Source: Cyanobacteria bacterium J06626_4 (lineage in GTDB: Bacteria > Cyanobacteriota > Cyanobacteriia > Phormidesmidales > Phormidesmidaceae). Taken from it: DNA of 64,000 nucleotides. Location: positions 19,481 to 83,480 of the forward strand of contig JBCBJQ010000018.1 in the NCBI GenBank assembly GCA_038523235.1, in the 5' to 3' direction. The position numbers and the translations under genes were made by a program. Shown here piece after piece: positions 10,968 to 20,862 of this stretch; the first letter of the stretch is position 1, and every line of letters begins with the position of its first letter. The notes under the pieces are model-generated. The model saw nothing but the letters and a program-made list of their open reading frames with translations. It had not been told where the DNA came from and made no database searches.

Positions 10968-11954
10968 ATGAACGCCATCGACTATCTCCGCATCAGTCTG
11001 ATCGATCGCTGCAATTTTCAGTGTCAGTACTGCATGCCCGAGGGGGCTGACCTCACCTACGCCCTGCAGCAAGATTGGTTCACCCGCGCCGAGCTGCGAT
11101 CGCTGTTGACCGGGGTCTTTGTGCCCGCTGGGTTTACTCGCTTTCGCCTGACTGGGGGCGAGCCCCTGCTGCGCCCCGACGTGGTGGAAATTGTCGAAGA
11201 CATCGCCCACCTGCCCCAAACTCAAGATCTGTCGATGACCACCAATGCCTTTTTGCTGGCGAAAAAGGCTGAAGCACTGTGGCATGCGGGTCTACGACGA
11301 CTCAATATCAGCCTCGACTCCCTTGACCCCGACACGTTTCAAGCGATTGTGGGCGGTCGCGGGCGGTCGCGCTGGCATGACGTTTGGGAGGGCATTCAAG
11401 TCGCTCACCAGATCGGTTTCTCACCACTGAAGCTCAATGTGGTGGTGATTCCCGGCGTGAATGATAGCGAAATCCTGGATCTGGCTGCCCTCAGCCGCGA
11501 TCGCGAGTGGCACGTGCGGTTCATCGAGTTTATGCCCATCGGTAACGGTGATCTGTTTGAAAACAGCGGCTGGATTGCCTCAGAAGAACTCCGCCAACGC
11601 CTTCGTAATCGCTGGGGACTGACTACCGGCAACGTACGCGGCAACGGCCCAGCCGATGTGTTTCAGATTCCGGGCGCACTGGGCACAGTGGGCTTTATTA
11701 GCCAAATGTCGGAGTGTTTTTGCGATCGCTGCAACCGCATGCGCCTGTCTGCCGATGGCTGGCTGCGGCCCTGCCTGCTGAACGAAACCGGACAGATAAA
11801 TCTGCGTGAGCTGCTGCGCCAAGGCGCACCACTAGAGGAAATGCGCGATCGGGTGATGGCGCTGGTGGACGCGAAACCCGAGGTCAACTTCAAAATGCGC
11901 GACTCGGGAACAACGGGCGCTTATAGTCGCACGATGTCGCAAATCGGTGGTTAG
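10968..11954 (+). CDS. moaA: GTP 3',8-cyclase (molybdenum cofactor biosynthesis)
   Basis: '[19 protein letters not shown]' radical SAM motif, C-terminal '[16 protein letters not shown]', terminal 'MSQIGG'. Confidence 0.96.
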   Translation: MNAIDYLRISLIDRCNFQCQYCMPEGADLTYALQQDWFTRAELRSLLTGVFVPAGFTRFRLTGGEPLLRPDVVEIVEDIAHLPQTQDLSMTTNAFLLAKKAEALWHAGLRRLNISLDSLDPDTFQAIVGGRGRSRWHDVWEGIQVAHQIGFSPLKLNVVVIPGVNDSEILDLAALSRDREWHVRFIEFMPIGNGDLFENSGWIASEELRQRLRNRWGLTTGNVRGNGPADVFQIPGALGTVGFISQMSECFCDRCNRMRLSADGWLRPCLLNETGQINLRELLRQGAPLEEMRDRVMALVDAKPEVNFKMRDSGTTGAYSRTMSQIGG

Positions 11955-12292
11955 GCAATTATGCCAATTCGCTGAATTTGGACGACACAGCCAAAAAGCG
12001 GGTAGCCCTCTTCGACCAGGGGGCAGCGACAGCGGGCATGCCCGATCTGTAGCGCTACTTTGCAGAACTGGTATGACTTGCAGGTACCAGTTCTCTAAAA
12101 TCTCCCAGCCCATCTAACGCCTCAGCTTCCCCATTCTCCTGCCGGTGCCCATGATGCCTCCCCGCACCGCTCCCCCTCATCGGGATGAGCGGTCAACAGC
12201 CCCGAGATGCCGCCGTCGAATTAGCGCTACCGTGGAGGTGATTTTTCTTTTGGGAAATCTCAGTGCAGATCAGTTTTGGAACGGTAGGCCGG

Positions 12293-12685
12293 ATGACGAA
12301 TCATCAACTCACCGCTCAGCTCAAGCAGCTCACAGCAGGACTGTGGCTCCCTAGCGAAACCGAAGCCCCGTGGACAGTGCCCACCTGGACTTTGACCACG
12401 GGCGATGCCGCAGAAATTCGTCAAGTCTTGCGCCGCGCTGAGGATGTATCTGTAACGGCTAGCTCCCTGCATGAGTTGATGGCCCAGGTGCAGCGGCGCT
12501 GTCGGGCCTATGGCGCTGAGGGCAAGGCGATCGCCCAGCAGCACCAGACGCTATTCGACTACCTGCAGGGTGAATGCGATCGCGTTCGCGTTTTTCGCGT
12601 CGGGGTCGTCACCATTGATGTGGTGATCGTCGGCGAAACCGCCGATGGCTGTGGCATTTTGCAAACTCAAAGCGTTGAAACGTGA
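12293..12685 (+). CDS. Nuclease A inhibitor (NuiA) family protein
   Basis: 'GLWLPSETEAPW' N-terminal motif and C-terminal 'VFRVG...IDVVIVG....QTQSVET'. Confidence 0.8.
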   Translation: MTNHQLTAQLKQLTAGLWLPSETEAPWTVPTWTLTTGDAAEIRQVLRRAEDVSVTASSLHELMAQVQRRCRAYGAEGKAIAQQHQTLFDYLQGECDRVRVFRVGVVTIDVVIVGETADGCGILQTQSVET

Positions 12686-12882
12686 AGCGGTCGAGAGCAC
12701 AGCATCAATCAACGACATCACCTTCGATCAGCAGGAACGCACCCGTCCCTATGTAATCAGCTCAGGCCGGTAAGCAGAGTTCGGCCAGCCATAATATTGC
12801 CTAAACGATGGCAGACCCTAGAAACGAGAGCCACTTTGCGCGATGCTGTTACCGGACGGAATCACGTTTGGGAGTAAGCATC

Positions 12883-13590
12883 ATGGCAGAAATAGATCCG
12901 GTCAAGCTGATGAAGCAGGAAGTCGGGCGGGCCGCCGCGGCGCAGGTCAAGTCAGGCACCGTCGTTGGCTTAGGCACCGGCTCGACGACCGCCTTTGCGA
13001 TTCAATTTATTGGCGAGCGGCTGGCCAGCGGTGAACTGACGGATATTAAGGGCGTGCCCACTTCCTTTCAGGCCTCGGTGCTCGCCAAGCAGCACGGCAT
13101 CCCTCTGACCACGCTGGATGAAGTTGATTACATCGACGTGGCGATCGACGGCGCGGATGAGGTCGATGCCCAGTTCAATTTAATTAAGGGCGGCGGTGCC
13201 GCCCACACTCGCGAAAAAATTGTCGATGGTCTGGCCGAAAAGTTCATCGTGGTGGTGGATAGCTCCAAGCTGGTGAATAAATTGGGCTCGACCTTTGCGC
13301 TGCCGGTTGAGGTGCTGCCCATGGCAGTAGCCCCCGTAACTCGCGCCTTAGCAGGCTATGGCGCTAAGGTCGAGCTGCGCATGGGCATTAACAAAGATGG
13401 CCCGGTGATTACCGACCAAGGCAACATGGTGCTAGATGCCAAGTTTGAGGCCATCACTGACCCCGCTGAGCTGGAAAAGGCCCTCAATAACATTCCTGGC
13501 GTTCTCGAAAACGGCTTGTTTGTTGGCGTCGCGACCGAAGTCTTAGTCGGCGAAGTCAAAGACGGCAAGGCCTCGGTGCGCAGCCTCTAG
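12883..13590 (+). CDS. rpiA: Ribose-5-phosphate isomerase A
   Basis: 'GLGTGST', 'DGADEVD', 'IKGGGAA', 'PGVLENGLF'. Confidence 0.97.
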   Translation: MAEIDPVKLMKQEVGRAAAAQVKSGTVVGLGTGSTTAFAIQFIGERLASGELTDIKGVPTSFQASVLAKQHGIPLTTLDEVDYIDVAIDGADEVDAQFNLIKGGGAAHTREKIVDGLAEKFIVVVDSSKLVNKLGSTFALPVEVLPMAVAPVTRALAGYGAKVELRMGINKDGPVITDQGNMVLDAKFEAITDPAELEKALNNIPGVLENGLFVGVATEVLVGEVKDGKASVRSL

Positions 13591-13636
13591 TGATCGCGAC
13601 TGCCCATAAACTTCTCACTCAGGGCAAGCTGTTCAC

Positions 13637-13672
13637 CCCCTGGCCAATTTTTAGTCGGCCCAGGGGCGTTTT
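13637..13672 (+). terminator. Possible intrinsic terminator after rpiA
   Basis: Imperfect GC stem cccctggcc...ggcccagggg followed by cgtttt. Confidence 0.45.
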
Positions 13673-14189
13673 CTCAATCCCGTGAACCGCTGGCACCCAG
13701 TCGCTGGTCATGACACCACAGGCGATCGCCACACTCACTTGAGCTTTAGCAACCCGGCAATCACAAACCATCCTCACGCTATTACCAACGACGGCTTCCA
13801 GGGATGCCAGCGGCCTCATCACCTCAGCCTCACGCCATGCTGGCCTGCCCGTTTTCATGCTGTCTTTATCTTGAGAGACGCTAGCTTTATCTGGTATCTG
13901 CGTGTCTCTTTGTTTTCTGGGTAAAATTGATACAACAAGCTCGGTTTCTTCGTAGATCGTCAGTGTAAAAACTGCTGCCCGGCCTCGTGCCCTGATCGGT
14001 TCTTGCACGCTCCCCTGACGGCTAAATCAATAGGATTAAACTTGGCAATGCTCTCGCGCCGCCCCCTTCGCCGCCCGACGCTAGATTGATAATAGATTTC
14101 GTCCTGAGTTTGCTGAAGAGGAATCATCCCTCACAGCAGATTTAACAGAGTATTGCCCCGGCCATCATGGTTTTGGCCATTGTTGAGAA

Positions 14190-14224
14190 GACTTTCAATC
14201 CGATCGCGCTTCGGATTGAAAGTC
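14190..14224. repeat. Perfect 14-bp inverted repeat with 7-nt spacer
   Basis: gactttcaatccga-tcgcgct-tcggattgaaagtc. Confidence 0.85.
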
Positions 14225-14398
14225 CCTTAAGATTTTCTTGATAAATGAGCATTCTGCCTAAAAGTGTGAGATTCAGCACTATGAGGTTGATCTACTCAAA
14301 TTAATGCAATAAAAGAGCACAATAAGCACATCAAAAATATAGGACTGCCGTTTACTACAGCTTATTAGCAAATATCGTTTGGAGGACGCATGTGAAAA

Positions 14399-14977
14399 AT
14401 GGGCAGATGGGAGCACAGCACAATTGATCGAATAGTGGATAGCAACGGTTATCTAGGCGAAAATCGCGTGGAAAAATTTGTTGTGATGGTTTTTCCGAAT
14501 GGCTTGCAGGGGCAAATCTGGTCCGCTATTTTGCGATCGCAAAATCTTTCCGTGCTTTGGGAATCGCCTGATGTCTCTCTGCCCAAGGCGCTCAAGACAC
14601 TGCATCACAAGCGTGCCTTGCCAGATTTGATTGTTGTCGATACTCGCCTCCATCACCTGCAACCCCTGCAGCTGTGTCGCTGGCAACAGAAGCATCACTT
14701 GGCCACCAAAATTTTATTGGTCAACGGCGTTCAGCCTCATATTGTCAATGCAGAAAGGCAATGGGCATTGACCCAGGGAGCCGCAGATCTGCTGCCCAGA
14801 ATTTGCAAAAACACCCTCGTCAGCGGGGCCTCAGCCAATCTGCGGCGAGTGCTTGACGTACTGGAGATTACGTCTTGCGATCACCACACACTAATTAAAG
14901 CCCTTCTCAGATTAGGCTTGGTGACATCGCCTCGGTGCGCCCAGTCTGACCATCCGCTCCACTCTCAGGAAATGTAG
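14399..14977 (+). CDS. Atypical (pseudo-)receiver domain protein
   Basis: 'PDLIVVDT', 'QLCRW', 'ERQWALTQGAADLLP' resemble a CheY fold; lacks the N-terminal acidic pair and the conserved Lys; start may be GTG near 14468. Confidence 0.6.
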   Translation: MGRWEHSTIDRIVDSNGYLGENRVEKFVVMVFPNGLQGQIWSAILRSQNLSVLWESPDVSLPKALKTLHHKRALPDLIVVDTRLHHLQPLQLCRWQQKHHLATKILLVNGVQPHIVNAERQWALTQGAADLLPRICKNTLVSGASANLRRVLDVLEITSCDHHTLIKALLRLGLVTSPRCAQSDHPLHSQEM

Positions 14978-15136
14978 GTTGAGCAGGCTATCCTGCGTTT
15001 ATCGACGGCAAGTCTCAGCCCGGATTTTGCCTTCAAGTAAGCGAGAGCAGAATGCTTTGTGGACGCCTGTTAGGAACCTAATGCCGTTAGGATAAAAACC
15101 GTCTAAACTCATCACGGCAATCCTTTTTTATTCACA

Positions 15137-16318
15137 ATGCAATACCGACGCTTTGGCCGTACTGAATTGCCGATGCCCGTTTTCTCCTGTGGGGGCATGC
15201 GCTACCAGCATTCCTGGAAAGACGTGCCTCAGGGAGAGATTCCGCGCAAAAACCAGGAAAATTTGGCAGCGACGATTCGGCGATCGCTGGCCGTTGGCAT
15301 CAATCACATTGAGACGGCACGCGGCTACGGCACCTCAGAGATTCAGCTCGGTCGAGTGCTGCCCCAGTTTCCGCGCGAGCAGCTGATCGTGCAAACCAAA
15401 GTATCGCCTCAGGCCGATGCGCAAGCCTTTCGCACAACGCTGCAGCAGTCATTGCAAAACCTGCAGCTCGACTATATTGATCTGCTCGGCATTCACGGCA
15501 TCAACACCCCCGAACTGTTGGACTATGCCGTGCGTCCTGGCGGTTGCCTTGACGTGGCTCGCCAGTTCCAGCAGGCGGGCCGCATTCGCCACATTGGCTT
15601 TTCGACCCACGGGCCGACCTCGGTGATTGTGGAGGCGATCAACACTGGTCAGTTCGACTATGTAAACCTGCACTGGTATTACATCAATCAAGACAACTGG
15701 CCCGCGATCGCCGCCGCGACTCGGCAAGATATGGGCGTGTTTATCATCAGCCCGACGGATAAAGGCGGCCACCTTTACAACCCGCCGCCCAAGCTCGTGG
15801 AGTTGTGCGCACCTCTGAGCCCCATCGTGTTCAACGATCTGTTTTGCCTCAGTCATGCCCAAGTGCATACCCTGAGTTTGGGGGCCGCGCGACCGACTGA
15901 TTTTGACGAACATCTGCAAGTCTTGCCGCTGCTCGATCAGGCCAACACGGTGCTGCCTCCCATTCTCAAACGGTTAGAAGAGGCTGCGATCGCTGCCCTG
16001 GGGCGCGAGTGGGTGCGCACTTGGAAAATCGGCTTACCCAGCCCCGACCAAACCCCCGGCCAGATCAACGTGCCGATCATCCTCTGGCTGCACAATTTGC
16101 TCGAAGCCTTTGATATGCAGGAATATGCCGAAGCCCGCTATAACCTGCTGGGCAACGGGGGGCACTGGTTCCCCGGCCAAAACGCTGATCGGCTGCAGGA
16201 CTTTGATCTCAGTAAGGCGATCTCCCAGAGCCCCCACGCGGCCCAAATTCCGGCGCTGCTAGCCGCCACCCACGAACGGCTGAAGGGCAAAACCGTACAG
16301 CGATTGTCACGCAGTTAA
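15137..16318 (+). CDS. Aldo/keto reductase
   Basis: 'MQYRRFGRT', 'GINHIETARGYGTSE', 'IRHIGFSTH'. Confidence 0.9.
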   Translation: MQYRRFGRTELPMPVFSCGGMRYQHSWKDVPQGEIPRKNQENLAATIRRSLAVGINHIETARGYGTSEIQLGRVLPQFPREQLIVQTKVSPQADAQAFRTTLQQSLQNLQLDYIDLLGIHGINTPELLDYAVRPGGCLDVARQFQQAGRIRHIGFSTHGPTSVIVEAINTGQFDYVNLHWYYINQDNWPAIAAATRQDMGVFIISPTDKGGHLYNPPPKLVELCAPLSPIVFNDLFCLSHAQVHTLSLGAARPTDFDEHLQVLPLLDQANTVLPPILKRLEEAAIAALGREWVRTWKIGLPSPDQTPGQINVPIILWLHNLLEAFDMQEYAEARYNLLGNGGHWFPGQNADRLQDFDLSKAISQSPHAAQIPALLAATHERLKGKTVQRLSRS

Positions 16319-16363
16319 TCGCAATTTTCAAAAGCGGGGATAGCAGAGTCGTCGGCAGAGAGG

Positions 16364-16834
16364 TTGATCGTGAAGACAAACAGTAAACTCTCCATAGCCG
16401 GACTGTTGGCCGTCGTCAGTCTAGGATTAGCCAGCTGCGAACGCGATCGCTCCACTGAACCCAATCTGGCCCCCTGGGTTGGGCAAACGGTGACGCTGAG
16501 TGCCGATCACCTCGTCTGCATTCCCTTCTCCAGCCGTGATGCGACTGGGATTAGTCGATGGCTGGTGAATCGCGACACGACCGCCTATGTGATGGTGAAT
16601 GCTGACATCCAATCCGCTTGCCGCCAGGATTTTAACGAATTGATCGGCCCGGTATCGGCAGGCAGTCAAGCTGAAGTGGTGAGCTTTCTCACTGAATATG
16701 GCCTACTGGTGAGCCATGAGAATCTCCAGGCTGTTCTACGCGTCGAAGTTGAGACCCCAGAACCGTCATCCTTGCTGGTCAAAACTGATGTTGCCAGAGA
16801 GGCAGCGGGCTATGTCTTTCCTTGGAAGCCATAA
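16364..16834 (+). CDS. Hypothetical lipoprotein
   Basis: Signal peptide ending in lipobox 'LASC'. Confidence 0.6.
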   Translation: MIVKTNSKLSIAGLLAVVSLGLASCERDRSTEPNLAPWVGQTVTLSADHLVCIPFSSRDATGISRWLVNRDTTAYVMVNADIQSACRQDFNELIGPVSAGSQAEVVSFLTEYGLLVSHENLQAVLRVEVETPEPSSLLVKTDVAREAAGYVFPWKP

Positions 16835-16977
16835 CTGCTGCCAGTTCCGGTCAGGTTTTCCCCTGACTTTTCTCGACGTGCGCCTGGCGATTGCACGTTG
16901 GTTGATTGAGTCGCCAGTCCGCCAAGGGTCTATGATTGACAGTGATTTGGGCGATCGCAGGAGCGCACAGCAAAACC

Positions 16978-17229
16978 ATGTTGAATAAAGTACTCAACGG
17001 CCTGAACTGGCTACTCGTTGCTAATCTCTTTTTTGTACTGGCAAGTTTTGGCTGGTTTGCCACCGCCGTGGTGGGTCGCAGCATGAACGTCAACCTGGGA
17101 TTAGAAACCTGGTATAGCCTGTGGATGCCGGTGTTTCAACCCGCGATCGGCATTTTGATGGCCGGGGCGATCGCGATCGGGATTCTCGGCTGGGCCTCCA
17201 AAAAGTTAGCCTCACTGCGCGAGAGTTAA
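16978..17229 (+). CDS. Small two-TM membrane protein
   Basis: Two hydrophobic helices, 'WYSLWMPVFQPAIGILMAGA'; AGGAG lies upstream of ATG 16978. Confidence 0.7.
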   Translation: MLNKVLNGLNWLLVANLFFVLASFGWFATAVVGRSMNVNLGLETWYSLWMPVFQPAIGILMAGAIAIGILGWASKKLASLRES

Positions 17230-17341
17230 GGCCAACCACTCGCCATATGCACAGTTTTGAGATTCAAATTTCAGACGTCGAGCCCAACTCTCCCTCTGCC
17301 CCTACACCGGCCACCCTAGACCTTCTTTTCCCCCTTTTCCC

Positions 17342-18823
17342 CTACCCCTCTTTGTTCTCCTGCGTCTTTGAGCGACGCTGTTCGCTCAGCTTCAACAAAG
17401 TCTCCGCATGTACGGCCCGCGTAATCGGGTAGAAATAGCATAGAACTAACGAACAAATCAGCAGTACCAGTGGCACCGGCCCCATAAACAGCCGAATCGC
17501 CACCAACGCCGATTGCGGTTGCGTGGCTTGCTCGGCAATAAATCCCGACCCTTCTAGTGCCGCTCCCACCAAAAATAAGCCCACCGCCAGCCCCATCTTT
17601 TGCAGCAGTGTCATAAAGGCATAAAAAATGCCTTCCCGGCGTTGCCCCGTTTGCAACTCATCCAGCTCGATAACATCCGGCAGCATCGCCCAGGGCACCA
17701 CATAGGCCGTGGCCACCCCAAAACTTGCCGCCACACAGAGCGCATACAGCAATCCAATTTGTCCTGGTTGCAATAAAAACAGCCCAATTTGCACCACGAG
17801 CCAGGCGCCGATGCCAACGTAAAAGAGGCCCTGTTTTCCGAGGTGGCGACTGAGCAAGTTGCAGGGCACCATCATCACGATCGCAGTGCCCTGTACCAGC
17901 AATGCAGGCAAGAAGTAGGAATCAAGCCCCATCCAAAACGTGGCATAGAAGGGAATGATGCTGGCGGTAATTTGCAGGGCCAGCCAGGAAAATAGATAAA
18001 TGCCGATGACATACCAAAAGGGACGGTTGCGAAACGCGATGATCAGCGAGGGGCCTAGGACTTGAGGAGATTCCGTCGGTTGAATATCAACGAGTGGGTT
18101 AGGCGATGGGGACTCGGCAGGGGCGCGATCGCGGGCCGGTGCTAATGCCTGCATTTGGCGAGCGCGGGGAAAGGTCCCAAAGACACAAATCAATAATGGA
18201 ACGATCGCAATCAAGCCGCACACGCCGCCCAACATGGCGTATTGCCGTGCCAAATCAGCCACACTGCCCTGGTCGGAAATAATCAACAACCCCAGCGCTA
18301 GGGCCAAAATCGCCCCAAACAGCGAAAAGCCGAGGCGAAAAGTGCTCAGATCCGTCCGTTCGTCATAGTCCTCAGACAGCTCGGCAGTCAGGGTCGTGTA
18401 GGGCAAATTGGTGGTGGTAAAAAAGATTTGAAACAGGATCGATGTGATGACGTAATACCAAAATCGAAATCCCGAACTGCCCCCAGGCACTAGCCACATC
18501 AAAAAGAACGTAATGCCAAAGGGAATTACACTCAACAAAATCCACGGATAGCGCCGCCCCCAACGGGTTTGGGTGCGATCGCTCAATACCCCCACCAGCG
18601 GATCGTTGACGGCATCCCACACCTTGCCGATGAGCAACACGGTGCCCGCGGCAAGGGGGTTGAGCCCCGCCACCTTGGTTAAAAAGATCAGAAAGGAAAA
18701 GGCAATCAGGTTCGAGGTCATGCCCGCACCCATGTCGCCGATGCCGTAGGCGACCTTCGTCCACAATGAGAGTTTGAGCGGTGAGGTCACCTGACCCGCC
18801 GGAGCGGGAAAATCCTGGGTCAT
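17342..18823 (-). CDS. MFS transporter, GPH (MelB-like cation:sugar symporter) family
   Basis: 'KVAYGIGDMG', 'WDAVNDPLVGVLSDRTQTRWGRR', 'GQRREGIFY'; about 12 TM helices. Confidence 0.9.
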   Translation of the reverse strand: MTQDFPAPAGQVTSPLKLSLWTKVAYGIGDMGAGMTSNLIAFSFLIFLTKVAGLNPLAAGTVLLIGKVWDAVNDPLVGVLSDRTQTRWGRRYPWILLSVIPFGITFFLMWLVPGGSSGFRFWYYVITSILFQIFFTTTNLPYTTLTAELSEDYDERTDLSTFRLGFSLFGAILALALGLLIISDQGSVADLARQYAMLGGVCGLIAIVPLLICVFGTFPRARQMQALAPARDRAPAESPSPNPLVDIQPTESPQVLGPSLIIAFRNRPFWYVIGIYLFSWLALQITASIIPFYATFWMGLDSYFLPALLVQGTAIVMMVPCNLLSRHLGKQGLFYVGIGAWLVVQIGLFLLQPGQIGLLYALCVAASFGVATAYVVPWAMLPDVIELDELQTGQRREGIFYAFMTLLQKMGLAVGLFLVGAALEGSGFIAEQATQPQSALVAIRLFMGPVPLVLLICSLVLCYFYPITRAVHAETLLKLSEQRRSKTQENKEG

Positions 18824-18915
18824 TCCATATCCCTCACTTCAGTAGGATGAGCATATCAGGTTGTATCATGGCTCAATCTTGTTTTGCTGCCGCTCATACT
18901 GTTGCCATCGCCCCT

Positions 18916-19440
18916 ATGTCTGACCTTTACGTCACCTTAGACGAGTACCACACCCTCATCGAAACCCTGGCCCTCAAAGTCCACGAATCAGGCTGGGAAT
19001 TTAACCAAATCGTTTGCCTCGCCAAAGGTGGGCTCCGCGTTGGCGACATTCTCTGTCGGCTATATGACACGCCGCTGGCTATTTTATCAACTGCTTCCTA
19101 TGGTGGCGAAAATAATCAAACCCGTGGCACTGTCACCTTTTCTCGCGATATCAGCATGACCACGGCCAACCTCGGCAGCCGAGTTTTATTAGTGGATGAC
19201 CTGGTGGATTCGGGAGCCACGTTGGAACGCAGCATCAAGTGGCTAGAGCATAAATTTGGCTTTTACATTGATGAGATTCGCACTGCCGTCATTTGGCAAA
19301 AGGAATGCTCTTCGGCCAAACCCGACTACTACGCCCAATATCTCGCCGACAACCCCTGGATCCATCAGCCCTTTGAGAAATACGAGCAGATGAGTTTGGC
19401 TGACCTCGCCCAAAGCCGACAGGTGCCGGAGACGGTTTAG
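18916..19440 (+). CDS. Purine phosphoribosyltransferase (Gpt/Hpt-like)
   Basis: PRPP-binding loop 'VLLVDDLVDSGAT'; 'CLAKGGL'. Confidence 0.85.
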   Translation: MSDLYVTLDEYHTLIETLALKVHESGWEFNQIVCLAKGGLRVGDILCRLYDTPLAILSTASYGGENNQTRGTVTFSRDISMTTANLGSRVLLVDDLVDSGATLERSIKWLEHKFGFYIDEIRTAVIWQKECSSAKPDYYAQYLADNPWIHQPFEKYEQMSLADLAQSRQVPETV

Positions 19441-19488
19441 CGCCGCAAAAGTTCGTTAAATCTGTCCGTCAGTCCCCGCTCCATAATG

Positions 19489-19518
19489 AAAAACCTCGCT
19501 TGTCAATGACAAGCGAGG
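19489..19518 (-). terminator. Intrinsic terminator hairpin between convergent genes
   Basis: Perfect 12-bp inverted repeat cctcgcttgtca-a-tgacaagcgagg preceded by aaaaa (U-tract on the minus strand). Confidence 0.75.
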
Positions 19519-19642
19519 GAAGGTGACAGTCCAAACAGTCCTCAAGGCAAATAGATTGCCGGTGCTGAGGTTGGTTAGAGGATATTATCTATATTCTCAA
19601 GGAGAGCGGCCCCATCAGGTCAAATGGAGCAACTTCTCAGTT

Positions 19643-20356
19643 CTAAACTGCAGTAGAGCGCTTACGACGCACGACGCCAAAGGCCGCTGCAGCGCCCAAT
19701 CCCACCGCGAGGAAAGGCTCCGGCACTTTCTCCGCATCTTCGTTAGCGGTGTCGTACCAGCCCTGGCTGCTGTAGTTGAACTTCGTCAACTCGTGAGAGG
19801 CGTTGTATTCAGCATCAACATCAGCCACACCGTGGAACCAAATACCGATTTTCTCCTCATAAAACGTGCCTTTCCAATCAGCCCCGAGATCCGTCCGGCT
19901 GTTGATGTCGGTCATGTCAACGGCAAAGCTGAAGGTGCGCTCATTACCCGCAGTGCTGACATCTAAGTCCCAAGAATCTAGATAGACGCTGTTGTTATCT
20001 TTCCAGCTGTTGCTACCGTTGACACCGTTGTAGGTATAGGCCGTCAGCTTTTCGGCCACGCCGTCCAGATAGAACATCGTGTACTCTTGCTTGTCGCCTT
20101 TCGGATTGGGGCCTTCACTCAGCACCAGCCAAGCACCGTCCGCCAGTTTCCCGTTCTTCTCAGAAAAGGTAGAAGACCAGGTCAGCACTTCGCTGTTAGT
20201 GTCATAGGTCGTGGTGATGGACTTATGAACGCCGACATTTTGGTTGCCGCCAACGGATTGAGAGTCGTAGGAAAATTTTGCTGCAGATGCCGGTTGAGCG
20301 GCGATCGCCACCGGAATCACAGCCGCCGCTCCCAGGGCTAAAAGATCAATACGCAT
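19643..20356 (-). CDS. PEP-CTERM sorting domain protein
   Basis: Signal peptide; C-terminal 'VPEP' + TM helix + 'RRKR'; GGAGAGG RBS 6 nt before ATG 20356 (ORF extends to 20371). Confidence 0.9.
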   Translation of the reverse strand: MRIDLLALGAAAVIPVAIAAQPASAAKFSYDSQSVGGNQNVGVHKSITTTYDTNSEVLTWSSTFSEKNGKLADGAWLVLSEGPNPKGDKQEYTMFYLDGVAEKLTAYTYNGVNGSNSWKDNNSVYLDSWDLDVSTAGNERTFSFAVDMTDINSRTDLGADWKGTFYEEKIGIWFHGVADVDAEYNASHELTKFNYSSQGWYDTANEDAEKVPEPFLAVGLGAAAAFGVVRRKRSTAV

Positions 20357-20371
20357 CGTTATCCTCTCCAT

Positions 20372-20385
20372 GTATCTATCAGTAC
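20372..20385. promoter_or_regulatory. NtcA-box-like GTA-N8-TAC
   Basis: GTAtctatcagTAC just upstream of the PEP-CTERM RBS; short motif that could occur by chance. Confidence 0.3.
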
Positions 20386-20862
20386 GATAGATTCAGGCGA
20401 GTATACTTAGGCAAAGTTACGGTGAAGTTTGATAGCAATCAGCCGAAGCCACTGTGAACTCACGGATTCTTTATCTGGTTGTCCTCAGATAAAGCCAACC
20501 TGAATGCGCTTTCTCCAGAGAATTACTGCCGCATTAAGACTGAGGCATCACGGTTCAAGCATATGGTACTGCTGAATTTTCTAGATCCTGTAGATCAAAC
20601 AAGTGGGCTGCCTGTGAGCATTGCGAGCAAGCTCACAGGCAGCACGACAAATCTGGCTCCTTCGATTTTCTTGATAATGCATCGGTCATGTCCAGTATTA
20701 GCCATGACACAAGTTATTGGCAATTTGCTGTTACTTTTGACACAGCTATCTATGTATTCCTGACAACCGCTGCGACTAATCACACCCGTCGCCATAGTCA
20801 GTTGCGAGGGCTCAATCGTAGAGCTAATTTGATCCGACACTATGGGATTCTGATCGGAGCAG

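Noticed and set aside
20479..20862. Short ORFs between the PEP-CTERM and alpha-glucosidase genes
   Set aside because: Mutually overlapping on both strands, with no clear RBS or motif.
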